Shown one piece after another: positions 24,749 to 37,400 of a stretch of DNA of 64,000 bases (the first letter of the stretch is position 1; the number at the start of each line of letters is the position of its first letter). Source of the stretch: Phoronis australis. Taxonomy: Eukaryota; Animalia; Phoronida. The position numbers were made by a program, and so were the translations under genes. The notes under the pieces were generated by a model. It worked only from the letters and a program-made list of their open reading frames with translations. It did no database searches and was not told the origin of the DNA. The stretch covers positions 1-64,000 of the forward strand of contig NMRA01000359.1 in assembly GCA_002633005.1 (NCBI GenBank), in the 5' to 3' direction.

Positions 24749-27145
24749 CTGCTTGACCCGCTGGATGACGAATTTGATATTGACGACAGTTTCCATCGTA
24801 AACAGTTTTTTAACAATGCTACACCTGAGAGTTGAAAATTATTGTACATATTCATCAACTGTAAAGCTGCTCTAATAAACATCTCGTCTAACAGATGCCA
24901 GGGGTTGACAAAAAGTGAATTTTTTCGTTTGACACCATACCATACTATGTGTTGGCCTGTCCTAGACAGAAATTATTAAACTCCGGGTTTCTAAGTATCA
25001 CCCCCTCTAACAAAGACCGGGTCTGGAGCATGTCTAAAAATCAATGCCTGGCTACTGCTAGAAGCATTGGGGTAGTTCTTCAGGTGTATATGATTTGTGT
25101 TGGTATCTGCTTCACAATTTACTCTTTAGAGCATATACTTATGTGATGTCAACATGGAACAGGTGTTTGTGCATTGACACGTTACACTCCTAGGATTTTC
25201 CAGCAAAATTCATGTAAGTCAGTCGCATGTAAGCCTGATGTTCGTTGCACGATCCCTCAGGCAAGTTGAATCTTAGATAAAATCTCTCCATTTTGTTGGA
25301 TCCAACTTCATACACGAGTTTTTCCCATTTTTGCTTGAACGTATTCTATTGATATTTGCTTGCTGTATGATACATGTGTTTCAAGGTTTATATTTTCAGG
25401 GATAATGCATATTTATGATGGTATATGGTATACGGATTTTCCTGGCCTTGCTTTTTATGGATGTGTGCAACTTCCTTTTGAAGCAGTGCTCCTTGTGTGT
25501 CAATTTTTTATGAATAATTGGCCAGACGAATTATTACTTATTACTACTACTTTGCGTCCTTAACAGATTGTTCGTCTTGTCTCTAATTATTATTGAACAC
25601 AATGTGCTATGATTGTGAGTTATTTTGTGGTCTTTCATTGTAAGCAGGCACAGGTCATCCAGTGGGTTCATGTGTGTGTGTGTGTGACGAATGTTTCACG
25701 CAGTTGTAGGGTTTTTGTGCGTAAATTTTTATGACTGTTTGTGCATGTTTATGGTAGCTAACATTTCGCCTGCCTAAAACCTAAATGGCAATAGAGATCG
25801 TTTGTCTTCACTTGACCTTGTGTAAGGCCTCTTAGGAAAACAATGTTTTTGAAAAGATTATTTACAATTTATTTTACAGTATTATCATTATTATACATGT
25901 ATGACTTATCAGTTAAATCGGAACGAATAAATCTTCCAAAGTTAACATCTTTGTACACTGCAATTTACTGCATTTGGGCGTTTTATTGCATTTTTTTTAT
26001 ATGTTGTGTGAACAATGCAAAGCTCTTGAATCCAGTTTTATGGGTTTCGAAATGGTGGTGATTTTCAGGTCAGTAATAACATATTCGTACCTCTGGTCGC
26101 CTTGTTTTATAATCTAGCACTCAGTAATGTATGCAACTTGAGATTGAACGTTGGTTTATGACAGAGTACTGAACATATTGAGGGATGCTCAACCGATTAC
26201 ACCGAGTGAGTTTTATCAAACATGATCGGGGCTTTATTTGGATCGAGACTTAGCTGTCATATTTCAGAGATGCAACAGTAATACTACGGAAACGTGCTTC
26301 AACGACAGTGTACGAAATGGCAAGCATCTGCCGGAGATCGACCAGAAGTCGTGCGACGTTCCTTGATATCGGTCGATTTTTCAGTTGTAGTTCGGTTTGC
26401 AATCTGCAGATCATCGGTCGATCGATATGGTACTATACCCAACAGTAACTGATGTCTTGCCATTGAAAAATCGACCCAGTTTAGGAAAATAGTGTGTAGA
26501 TTTGTGATTTTTGAACCCGACGTTCCTGACAATCTCCGATTATTGCCCTACTTCCTCCGATATGACCTTCAGAAACTAATTGGATAAGCGCTGGAAACCT
26601 TTTGTGATTTCGACATTTAAAAACCTGTAAATTAACCATGTCGCAGCCGATAAAGGAAGAACACATTGGTCAAGTTTTGAGTTATTTCAACAGTATGGAA
26701 GTTGTCCGTAACCTGTCACTCTTGAGAGAGAACACCTAGTCCTATATTCCACACTTTCACTTCAGATCTAGTTTCCTCTGAATGGTACGCAATTAGGACT
26801 TGTTTAAGAAGTCTACGTTGTGTGTGGGTTAGGCTGAAACCACTGCTCTGCCAGCATGGAACACCAATAGTTAAAACTATCTTAAGACTGGTTGCGTTTT
26901 TTCTGTTTTTATTCGTTATGATTCTATATAATGCAAACCAGCGTGAACTGACGTGTGGTACATTTGCTTTTTCTCCCTTTTGTTAAAGGAACGTCTTTTT
27001 AACTGAAAAAGCCGAGAGCATTCGCGGCTAAATGTGTTTTTGCGATTTTTAGTCAACAATTTCGAAATTTTGTTTAGAATCGTGGGTGATTCCATTTCAA
27101 CAATTGGGGGTGATTTGGAGGGAGGTTTTATTCTTCGCCGGCGAG

Positions 27146-28441
27146 CTAACATATTGATAACTCTGATTTTAATGCTCTTTCTTCGGCGCCTTCTATTATT
27201 TTTTGTGGCTGACGTACTAAGTGAAAATTGCCAATGAACACTCTGTTGTCCTCGTTTGCCATCCATTCTCCGTGAGTTACCCTGTTTAGTGTGAACCGGT
27301 TATCGGGCGAATAGCACAGCATTCCTTCGATCGTATGCAAGAGCTCCTTGGAAAGGGGCAGAACGGTGTGACTTGGAAACGCCACTCCAGAAGGCGCAGA
27401 TTTTAAGACGTCGCTTTTGTTGCTTGGGAATGGGAGCCGGCCTGTCACCATGTGGTACAGGTTGACACCGAGAGTCCAAATGTCTGTTTTCCGCGGGCAG
27501 TAGGGGGTGGGTTGAAGGATTTCGGGCGCAGTGAATCCAGGCGTTCCAACAGAGTCGTCTGTTAGGAGCTCGCCACAAACGAAGGCAACGGCACAACCGA
27601 AACCACACAGTTTAAGTTGGTTGCAGCGATCTATCAGCCAATTCTCGCACTTCAAGTCCCGGTGTGCTATTTGGTTGCTATGGAGATAGTCTACAGCGCC
27701 CATCATTTGCCTCATGTACTTTTTCGCCACTGGCTCCGTTATGAAGCTGACTTCTCGGCTTTGTAACAACTGCTCCAAGTTACCGTTCTCGCAGAATTCC
27801 GTGACTATACATAGCCTTCCACGAATGTTCAAGTGCTGTAACATTTGCACGATATGAGGGTGATTCTTATCTCTTAAAATAGTAACTTCCTCCGGTAAGT
27901 TCGGAGATGTTGAGCCGCCACTCAAACTTCTGATAGACGACTTCTTTTTAAGATTTTTAGAAAGGAACTTTATAGCTACTCTCTTCCCCGTGCCATTTGC
28001 GTGACCCAGAATAACGCTGCCTTGACGTCCCTTTTCCAGCACACTCATGCAACTGAAGCCCCAATAAGGAAGTTCGCTGAGGACGACATCAAAAAACGAA
28101 TCGCCAGTTGGGGGAAACTTTTTGCTATTGGCGGACGTCGGCGGGTCGCCATGGCGATCGTGCCATATATCACCCAATGAACATCTCAGTCGGATTAGCT
28201 GCAGCTTTCTTCCGCTACCTTCGCCCTTGTCGTCTGCCTGACTACTTGCTGCGCGAAATCCGGATACAGACAGTTTGTCTGATTTCTTAACATACGCTAG
28301 GAAGTCGTGGTGTTTGCTAATCGTTCCGTCTTCTAACAGTTTACGTGCGCCAACCAGACCAGCGGATGTTTTGGGAAGTTTTGTGCAGTCCCCGCTACTG
28401 TTAGATTGTTCCATTTTTCTTTTTCTTGAAATGTCAGCCAT
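27146..28441 (-). CDS. Testis-specific serine/threonine kinase (TSSK)-like protein, 431 aa, intronless; probable pseudokinase (DFG>GFG)
   Basis: Uninterrupted 431-aa ORF with VAIK, HPHIV, TEFCENGNL, HRDLKCEN (TSSK-typical), LKLCGFG, GTPGFTAPE, DIWTLGV. Minus-strand AATAAA at 26908-26913. Confidence 0.85.
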   Translation of the reverse strand: MADISRKRKMEQSNSSGDCTKLPKTSAGLVGARKLLEDGTISKHHDFLAYVKKSDKLSVSGFRAASSQADDKGEGSGRKLQLIRLRCSLGDIWHDRHGDPPTSANSKKFPPTGDSFFDVVLSELPYWGFSCMSVLEKGRQGSVILGHANGTGKRVAIKFLSKNLKKKSSIRSLSGGSTSPNLPEEVTILRDKNHPHIVQMLQHLNIRGRLCIVTEFCENGNLEQLLQSREVSFITEPVAKKYMRQMMGAVDYLHSNQIAHRDLKCENWLIDRCNQLKLCGFGCAVAFVCGELLTDDSVGTPGFTAPEILQPTPYCPRKTDIWTLGVNLYHMVTGRLPFPSNKSDVLKSAPSGVAFPSHTVLPLSKELLHTIEGMLCYSPDNRFTLNRVTHGEWMANEDNRVFIGNFHLVRQPQKIIEGAEERALKSELSIC

Positions 28442-29931
28442 AACGGCTTGTGTATTCTTTCATGCTGGTTTATTTTTATGTTGCCACACGGCTTATTTAA
28501 ATTAAGTGACCTCACACAATTGGTTTCCCATAATGCAATTCCATCGCCATGATTACCACCTTGCTACGTCATGTGAACCCTACAACAAGAAACGTGTTCT
28601 AAAATGCATATCGCTAATAGTATGTTCAACAGAAGCTTGCGTGACGGAAATAGTATGACGTTCCACGGCGTTCCGCGGCTATTAGCTGGGGTGAAAATCA
28701 CGAGAACTAGGTAGTTGAGACGTGACCATACGACGGAGCCTTAAATACAGTTGGTTGAACACCTTGCTACAAAATATTTTTAAAATTCTGCTTATTTTCC
28801 GCATATTTACATAAGAATTTGTGCATTTTACCTCCTGCTCCTGCAGAGCACTGCAAAGCGGCATGCCACAACATCAAAATCTTTTGGGTCCAATCCTTCA
28901 AGTGCCCAAGTGACTTGTTTGTTGGCGAAGCAGTGCACACGGTCTTCTGACGGCTTAGTGGTAGGGGCTACAACTGTAGAAAATCTCATCATGAGCAAGG
29001 AGTCCACTAGTACTGGGTTCTGTTCTTAATCTCCTCAACATGAAAATTGTCAAACGTTGAAGACCCTTCCAGCAATGTATGCATGTAATGTATGTGTTTG
29101 TGTTACCGTAAATTGTTTCATCTTTTTACAAATCGGGTAAGGTGTTGGCAAGAGGGTTGTACTCTATTTGGAATCTGGGAAATTGATGTCTATATACACG
29201 TGCATGCAGATGCGTAGGCTAAGTCATGGAAGGTTGAAGACCAAAACACGTAATGTACATTTATTTGAACATTTCAAGCAATATATTCTTTTTGGCATCT
29301 CTTACTACTGAAATAGTTTTGGCAACAGTTGTATAATGTTGGAATGTTTTATTTGGCAAAATAATAACAAGTACAACGGCCTATACACGCTCGCATCTAA
29401 ATTCGTTTCAATGAGATTACTGTTTGGCCATTTATGAGATATGATGTTCTGAAGTTAGCCAAATTTAGACATTTTCTAGGGTCCTACATAACCCTAACTG
29501 ATTTTAGTTGAAACCTGCTTCTATTGCTCAACGGAGACACCGATGGGGTATTACTATAGAGAACAGAGCGTAACGTAAAGCCATCTAGACGCATTGCAAT
29601 AATTTCATCCAAAATTATACAACTTCATATGAAGCCGTTTGATACAACAACGTATTTAGGCTAATTCAGATGCAGTGACATTTTCAAAACTATCATAAAC
29701 TAAAATAAAAAGCGGGATATCTGGGTTTATGCCAAAACGCAAGGGTGAATGTTCGCCCCCCGGCCGAAAAACCGCAAAACGTACTTCTGTGATTATTACT
29801 GGATGGGATAGACTTCATGAACTTATTAGCTTTGACCAAATACAGTGTAGTAAACAACAGAATCTGGTGTCAGTTTGTCCCTGCACTCAGCAGGCTTGTT
29901 ACTTTTGTAAGTTTGAAAGGAGCTTACACAC

Positions 29932-30061
29932 CGGTGACGGATTTAGATGGGCAAGGGGTCATGGTCCCCCTAAAAGGTGATACGAATGTCTGACGGGAAA
30001 AATCCTGGCTAACACTCTGCCTTGTTCCCGTGCCTAATTCAAAATCCTGAATCCACCCCTG
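29932..30061 (-). mobile_element. MITE family A, copy 2 (inverted), exact 5-bp TSD CACAC
   Basis: Reverse complement of family A; flanked by CACAC at 29927-29931 and 30062-30066. Confidence 0.75.
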
Positions 30062-30389
30062 CACACTGAGTAAACTCCACGACCAAGTCAAATCTGAACG
30101 GCCAGGTTGGCAACTTAGTCAGTTTCTCTTGGGTGCGTCTCCTGCAACAAATTACATGATAGTACTTTCCAAGTCATTTTTTAATAAAATATTCATATTG
30201 CGTCTATTGGTCAGAAGAAGGGGGAGAGGGGATATGTGCGCCGTTACTTCCTGTTGCAATTCCAACCCCCAGTCCTCTTAGTTGTCGGCTTCTCTTCATT
30301 TGCGTGANCTCCCCTGGTTGCGAGCATGAGGTTTCAACAATCATTCATGAAAATCATGTTTCATGTTTCTTCGAAATTTATACATTCTT

Positions 30390-30640
30390 AGACAATGAAT
30401 GTTTCAGGCAAGGCAAACAAGTTTTCCAACAAATCTACAAAATTGGTATCACTGGAAGAAGTGAATGGTGACGATACCATAAATTTCGGGGTGACATTGA
30501 GAATCCGCTTTTCAAGCGTTGATTCACATATACCAATGTAAGCTGTATTAGACTGTTCGGTGTGTATCTTTTCCAGCTTCCAGGATATAACACATGCGTG
30601 GCGCACATGTTGGGAACTTTATCATTAACGTCACTCAATT
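30390..30640 (-). mobile_element. GIY-YIG endonuclease relic (probably Penelope-like)
   Basis: Minus-strand HVLY...SNTAYIGICESTLEKRI, a YIG-type motif with downstream R; frameshifted. Confidence 0.4.
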
Positions 30641-31639
30641 ACACATAAAGTAACACGCTTAACGAATACTTTAATCTTTTTGTTTTACTGAACTAAAAGT
30701 TTTACAAATCACTCTGCTACTTTTATTGACAAGATATGTCGTAAAAATTCGAGTACGGTTCAATTTACCATTTCTGGAATTTTTCTTTCTTCGTCTTCTG
30801 ACCGCTGTCCAACATTTCTTTCATTTGATATTAAGACAAACTTCTAAGTCCCAAATATGTCACTAATTCTTATCCCATGAATGAACAATCTATCTCAAAA
30901 ATGATCTCAGACTGACAAACTTTCGAATACTCTTTAGCAAAGGAAATCGTGGCCTGGACTTGAACACAATTTAAAACACGAACATTAACAAACACTTCCC
31001 AATAAAAGCTGTTAAGTTAAACAAATACAACCACTAATGTAACACGTGGTTAACTAATGATATACCGGTACAGTGAGAGACCGTACAAGCGTCTATATTC
31101 TCTCTCAAATGACTAACATCACGGAATCTTAAATACTAACCTTAGAGTGTACAACATTTTTAAACACTCATCAAAAATGCCAAACCAATTCATTATCATA
31201 ATGAATTCGCACACAGCGATGACTCCAGCCGGTAAGGCATGGCTTGGCTGCTACTATGAACGGTGCTCTTGGCAGAAACAATAACCCCTGGATTTCACCG
31301 TTTGGGAGGCCCTCTGTAAACACTTAGATATACATTTTCTCGCACATGTATAATTTGGGAAGTAAATTGTTCATGAAGAGTGCGTGGGTCTATGAATGGA
31401 TGGTGTGTGAATGTTAATAGTTTTTAGTTAGCAGTTTGCTGTTGTTTTCTTTCTTTTCAGAAATAAAATATTTACCTAGAAAAAACAACTCTTCTGTAGG
31501 CCAAATCAGTTGCGTAATGACACTAAACTGTCCGTAAATAAGCTACAGCCAATGCATTCATTCTTAGTTTACAAACTTTGGACCCGCTCTCGCATGGAGA
31601 GTTAGATTAGTCAGGTAAAAAATCACAAAATTTACATCT

Positions 31640-33000
31640 ACTAATGAAGAAGAAATTATGAAGATAATATCCACTTCAAAAGCCAAATCAAGTTGCGTGC
31701 ACGATGAAATCACTGTCAAAGTACAATTAGCAAACCCCTATCGTTTATTGTTAACAAATGGAGTATCTCCAGAAAAAATCAAAATCAGCATAAGTAGTCG
31801 TCGTTTTACAGGTACTGAAAATAGTGATATCGACGAGGAATATTCATCAAGATACAGACCAATTCCAACATTACCTTATCTTCTCGAAATGTTTCGAGAC
31901 GCTGTACACTAACTCCCTTCTCAAGATTCCCTGTATGATCAACCGTACGGCTTTCGTTCTACACACCCCGCTGAACGTGCCTTTTTAGAGTTTGGCAGAG
32001 CATTTGACGCTGTTGATGATATCTCATTTATACCACAAAACGGAGCCATTACGGCATCAAAGAAAATTAACTAAACGGGTTTGATAGTTACTTGTCGGGC
32101 AGAAAACAATTTGTTGTTATGAACAATATTTATTATTCGCCATTCAATATCTCAACTGGTGTCCCTTATGATCAATTCTTCGGTCCTCATCTCTTCCCCC
32201 TATACGTTATCTATATAACGACCTTACCTACCTACCTCACCGTTTCAATGCACCTGACGACACACGTCTGATTGCCCCAGTCTCACTCATGAAATGCAAT
32301 GATAACTCAAGAATATTATCCGAATTCATTAACGACTAGTTCTCTCTACTCAATGACTGGCTCGTTGTAAATAAATTGAATTGAATTGAATTTAAAGACC
32401 TCCAAATCCTAGTATGTGGTTTCTAGTCATCACCTTCAACTAATTCCACGCATATACATTAACGTACGACGGTTCCTTGAACTATTTCTAGACTCCACCT
32501 CGTCTTTGGGTAAACACGCACAGGAGTTGTCACAACAAAAGTCAAAACATATGGCGCACTTTCGCGCTTGAAATATTACTTTCCACAGGGAAACTTACTT
32601 TCACTTATTTCACCACATTTGACGGACTTATTCGATTACCACCTGGGGTTTCAATAGTTGTCATTGCCTCAAAGTACTGCAGAAAAAAAGCAATCAAACG
32701 TAATCGTTTCCAGAATTTATGCTCACACTCAATCGCTTTTTAAAGAACTTAACCTTTTTATCTCCAGATTCTGTCTCGTACATTAAAATTCACTCGATGA
32801 ATTTCTGCCTCATTGCTTCAGTGGCCTTCTAGCTCTTCCATGCAAATGCACTCAAGAACACATTCTCTGCCCGTCAACAAACATTACATACCTTGGAACA
32901 TTTTCTCTAAAATCATAACTCGTTCCCGAAGTACCACTTTTATGTTAACAGTCAAAAAACACTGATCATTGAATTCTACACGGAAAATTGTGCCATATAA
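31640..33000 (+). mobile_element. CR1/L2-group LINE reverse transcriptase relic
   Basis: YRPI..LPYL, YGFRSTH, FDSYLSGRKQFVV, STGVP..GP, NDL, DDT, NDWLVVNKL in the expected RT order, with many disruptions. Confidence 0.7.
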
Positions 33001-33416
33001 AACTGCTTTGTATGTAATTCTTACAAATGATATTCATACCATTTTCCATCAACAGTCTGTAGATACAATTAAACTTACTGCCCATCAGCGTACGTTTCAT
33101 TATTTCCCCTGTCTTACATTTTTAATTGATGCCCTGCAAGCATTATGGGTGTTTTTGTTAAGTTCTGTTTTAGTTTATCTACTTTTCTTGTTATTTTCAT
33201 TATCCTGTACACTGTTCAATACTAAAGCGTATATTGCAATACGGAAGCTAGTTGTGTACCTGTAATTTAGTGATGTTAGCGTGTTTAATGTTTTACGCTA
33301 GCTCCTGTTGACTGCTAGCGACTTTAATAAATCTTCCTAAGAGTCTCCTGTAATATCATGCTACTGTATTCAAGTGTCTCAATTTTCAAACGACCGTTTT
33401 TCTCTCCTCGCCTACC

Positions 33417-33458
33417 NNNNNNNNNNNNNNNNNNNNNNNNNNNNNNNNNNNNNNNNNN
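33417..33458. other. Assembly gap (42 N)
   Basis: Run of N flanked by C-rich sequence; single Ns also at 2493 and 30308. Confidence 0.99.
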
Positions 33459-34334
33459 CCCCCTCCGTCGCTCCCCCTCCCTCTGCCCCTTCCTACCTGA
33501 TTAATATGCATGCGCTTCATGTACGAATGCTGTCTTTCATAAGCAGGAAACCGTTGTGCGTTACTTAATTTCTATGTATTGCCTGCTTAGCACATTGACC
33601 TGGCAGCTGGTTCATCAGGTCTCGAAATCCCAGCATTAACTTGGTCGCTTAATTTAATTGTGAACTTGACATGGATTGTTGAATCCAAGAATGTTAATCT
33701 GCAAGAACAGTTCGTGTCGCTACCATGACGTAGACCAAATAAAAACATGAATCATTCCGCTTTTAACATTTTGGCGTTTTGTGTACGTCTGTGTAGGCCT
33801 GCTTTTTAAGTTGGTGCTTGTCACTAAGAAATAGGTCAGTTAAAATACGCAACACAGCACAGCTTGCGTGTGCTAAAATTCCTTCAAATTGAAAAAGGCA
33901 CAGACTCATTGGTGTTGGATGGTGAGTTTTGTGTTGTATGCTCGACTTCTTTATTCCGGCCACCATCAGTCCGCGCCAATCAGTAATGTCGTATATTTAC
34001 TCGCGGTATATGTGATGAATTAGCTCGGTTCCAATATAGTGCAAAGCGCATCTGGGCAAAGCTTGGAGTATCAAGTTCCTTGGCTCTGTGCTTATCTGCC
34101 GTATAAATTACTCTGCGTGTACAAACGGGAACATTGGGCCTTTTTTGGATAGGACTAGCAGACTTTGTCGCAGGGAGACCAGGTTGTTGGGGAGACCACA
34201 CCTGAGGCGTGGAAAAAGCAATAATCTTAAAAAGCGACTGGTTGCTTGTACTAGGTCCCAGAAGAAAGTGAAATGGTTAAACAATTTCGCAAGGATGTAT
34301 AGTTAAATGTTTTGTGGATTTCGACAAAGTGATG

Positions 34335-34400
34335 CGCAGCACCTGGTCACCCTGTCGTGTAGTGGGCGTGGACTTATTTAAGCGCCCCCTAGCAAGATAT
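34335..34400 (+). promoter_or_regulatory. Putative core promoter of the myosin ELC gene
   Basis: E-box CACCTG (~34340), GC box GGGCGTGG (34364-34371) and TATA-like TTATTTAAG (34374-34382), about 120 nt upstream of the ATG at 34497. Confidence 0.5.
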
Positions 34401-34496
34401 TCGGCCTCATACATAATTATCATTCCATCTTGAAGCACAGAGTTACGCGAACTTCTCTGTCAGTAAGCAGCGCAGTTTTAAATCATCCTTAGCAAC

Positions 34497-37400
34497 ATGG
34501 TGAGTAACTAAGTTTTGTTATTGCACTGTAAAATTTTATGAATTCTCAAAAAAGCAGAGATGAAAATGCTGTAGCGATCGTCGTGATGCAGGCGATCGCC
34601 TGCAGTAAGTCATGTGTTCGTGTTTACGTAATTAATTTGTGTTTTTAACTCCTTGTTATGTGATTTATTTTTTGTTTTCAGAGTGACATCAGCCAAGACG
34701 AAATTGACGGTATGTGCTTTTGAGTAGAAGTGAAACTGGTGAAATTCTTCTTCTGTATATTCCTTCTGGAATACTAACGAAAGGACTCTCCACTTGGTTT
34801 ACATATATCCTCAAGTTGAAATTCAGGCAGCAGCCGATTCGATTCACCTCATTACCTTGATGACGTCACAAGGCTGCTAATTAATAACACCTTGTGCTAA
34901 TTAATTAGCACGCATGCGCAAGTGATATGAAGGACATCTACGCAAGTGTCTTTTATAACCTCATTTGAGGGACGAATACCAATCTTGGTGATTGCTTAAT
35001 CATTCAATTATTTCCCTTCATTTGCTGGATAAGGATAGTTTTCATATTCCGTCGTTAGGTGGCTCTACATGATAACCCTTCATCTGCGACTTCCAGTTTT
35101 CTCTTTAGTCTACTTAGCTTTTAGACACCCAACTCATCGTAAGCACATATGCTAGAATAACACTGCGCACAATAGTGGTAACCAACATGTACTACACTAT
35201 ACTAACTTTCAAACACTAAGTAAAACAATTGCTTGAGAAAATAAACATACCAATAGAAAATTATTTAATGTAAAGGGTTAGTTTTGGTGCATAGGTATCA
35301 TGCGCGTAACGCCTCTCAGGATTATTTTGTGGCCGTCACTGGGACTACCCTAGTGCTGAACTAAACTTAGTTAATGACCTATCTCCAGAATACATTTATA
35401 TGTCGTTCAAAAGATGCTGTCGTGAAATTACGAGTTTTTCGTTTTTATAGAATTCCCTGTGGTATTGGAAATTTATGGTTAAAAATATACATTAAAACAA
35501 TCTTTACAGGCTACTAAAATGGCCCGTTATTAAACCTATCTCATTCGTTGGCAATAGGCTTGCGGAACTGCGACGTCATACGAGCAATTGAGCATTGTGT
35601 ATTGTATGCTATCTAAATTCTCCAATACCTATTTGGGTACTCCAGCCTAAATTGGCAGAATTCGCGTTGCCAATACACAAAATGCCATAAACGTATAACG
35701 GACTGCCAATTTTATCGTTAGATCTTTTGTACGAGCCATGTCACAGAAATTCTTTGAAGAGATAAACGCTAATTATCACTAAACGGTTGTCTAATGGTGC
35801 AGTACCTAGGTAAGATGAATGTGAGTCTTCCTAACCCAACCAGCTTTCTGAATTTGATGATAAGGCAGCAAGCTTTTGCTGTTAAAGGAATGAAGACAGT
35901 TCAAATTAATGCCGCTGAAGTACTTTGAGGTTCTGAGATTGGGAGCAACGGACATTACTGTCAAAAGGGGTGTACGGAATACTATTGAATTTAGCGTTGT
36001 CGTCAAATATTGGGTCAGATGCCTTGAATTTTGTTTGAAGTATACAGGAATGTTTTTGAGACCCTTGTGTCAACCCTGTGCTGCAAGACGTTAGACCCGT
36101 TTTAAGATAACTGACTCTCCTGTTACTTCCAAAATACCCCAAGCTCATGTCGTCCCACCGGAGTCATAAAGGAAAGTTCCACGAGGAGATTTAATGTTTA
36201 TTTAAATATACCGTGTACAGGGCCACAATTATTTACTCCTTGTTAGGGAGCTGCAGTGTGGTATGCTAGTGGTTTGAGAGCTGCGAGCTGAATCTCCTTC
36301 GTTAAAACTTTGCCGAACAGTCATCTACAACAGTCGCGCTGTCGTGGCCAAAGTTTTTCCGATCATTCCAGAAACGTAGGACTTGAGTTCAAATATGGCG
36401 CACGATATGTCACCCAGTGAACTTGAAGGTAATTGGGATGGGGGTTGTGCGAGTGTGGTAAATATGATTGTGATGGGCGTGTACTCGGCCGAAAGCGCCG
36501 GGTGCAAACTGAGAAAATCTGTGACAGTGATGATGGGATTTGGAATTATCTAATAGTCACCAATAATTGGTGCAACCTAGGAACCAATATAAGGGATTCT
36601 TGGGTACAACATATTGGCTTTTGTTTCCCTGCGCTAAGTGTTTTAAGATTAGATTTGGATTAAGTTGAATGCTGTATAGAAGTTATCACCATACAAGCTA
36701 ATGTGTAGTAATCACTCCCGGTGAATGATGTGCGTATTGGGGGGCATTACGCAGTAAAAGACGAATACGTGAAATTGTTTTATTTTGCTCCTTGTGCTAT
36801 TTAATTCGTCAGTAATTATTGTCATGAAAATTCCTGAAGACTACTTTCTATGGCCTTGTCAAACGAGAATGACCAGTCCGCACATTCCTATTGTTATAGT
36901 TTTGCAGGACTGTTATGCATAATATGACCACCATATAAAGTAAATTATGTGATCTTGGTAAAGACGCGGAGTAAACAAGTGAAGTGGTTTGGACAAATCG
37001 CTTTACAAAAAGCTAGTGTTTACTCCCGTAAGACAACCCTCGTAGAATTATTAACGGTGGAAAATGGGCGTGTACACGATGGTGGTCATGCGAGGACGAG
37101 CCGCTGAAAATCATTATTTTCGTAGTTAAGCTATGGTCGAGATATTCTATTTTAATGTCCCTTGACATATTAAGCCCACGCAGAATTTTTGCAAATCTAC
37201 AGTACAATACTGATTGCCCTCAATTGCAGCGTATTGCAGATGGATTTATTCTGTTGAACTTGACAAAGCTACCTGTGCGACGTTTTCAGTTAGGTCTCCA
37301 TGGCACCTATGAGGTTAAACGTGCTTTTCGTAGCTTGCGATTTCCTTTCTGTCGTCTGCCAAACCTTGTAAACGATAACCAATTCCGTGTGTTGTTTTGT

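Noticed and set aside
26150-26205. SECIS-like ATGA..AA..GA downstream of the GPCR TGA
   Set aside because: Helix II does not pair in register by eye and it lies beyond the AATAAA at ~25926; selenocysteine decoding is not supported without a SECISearch hit.
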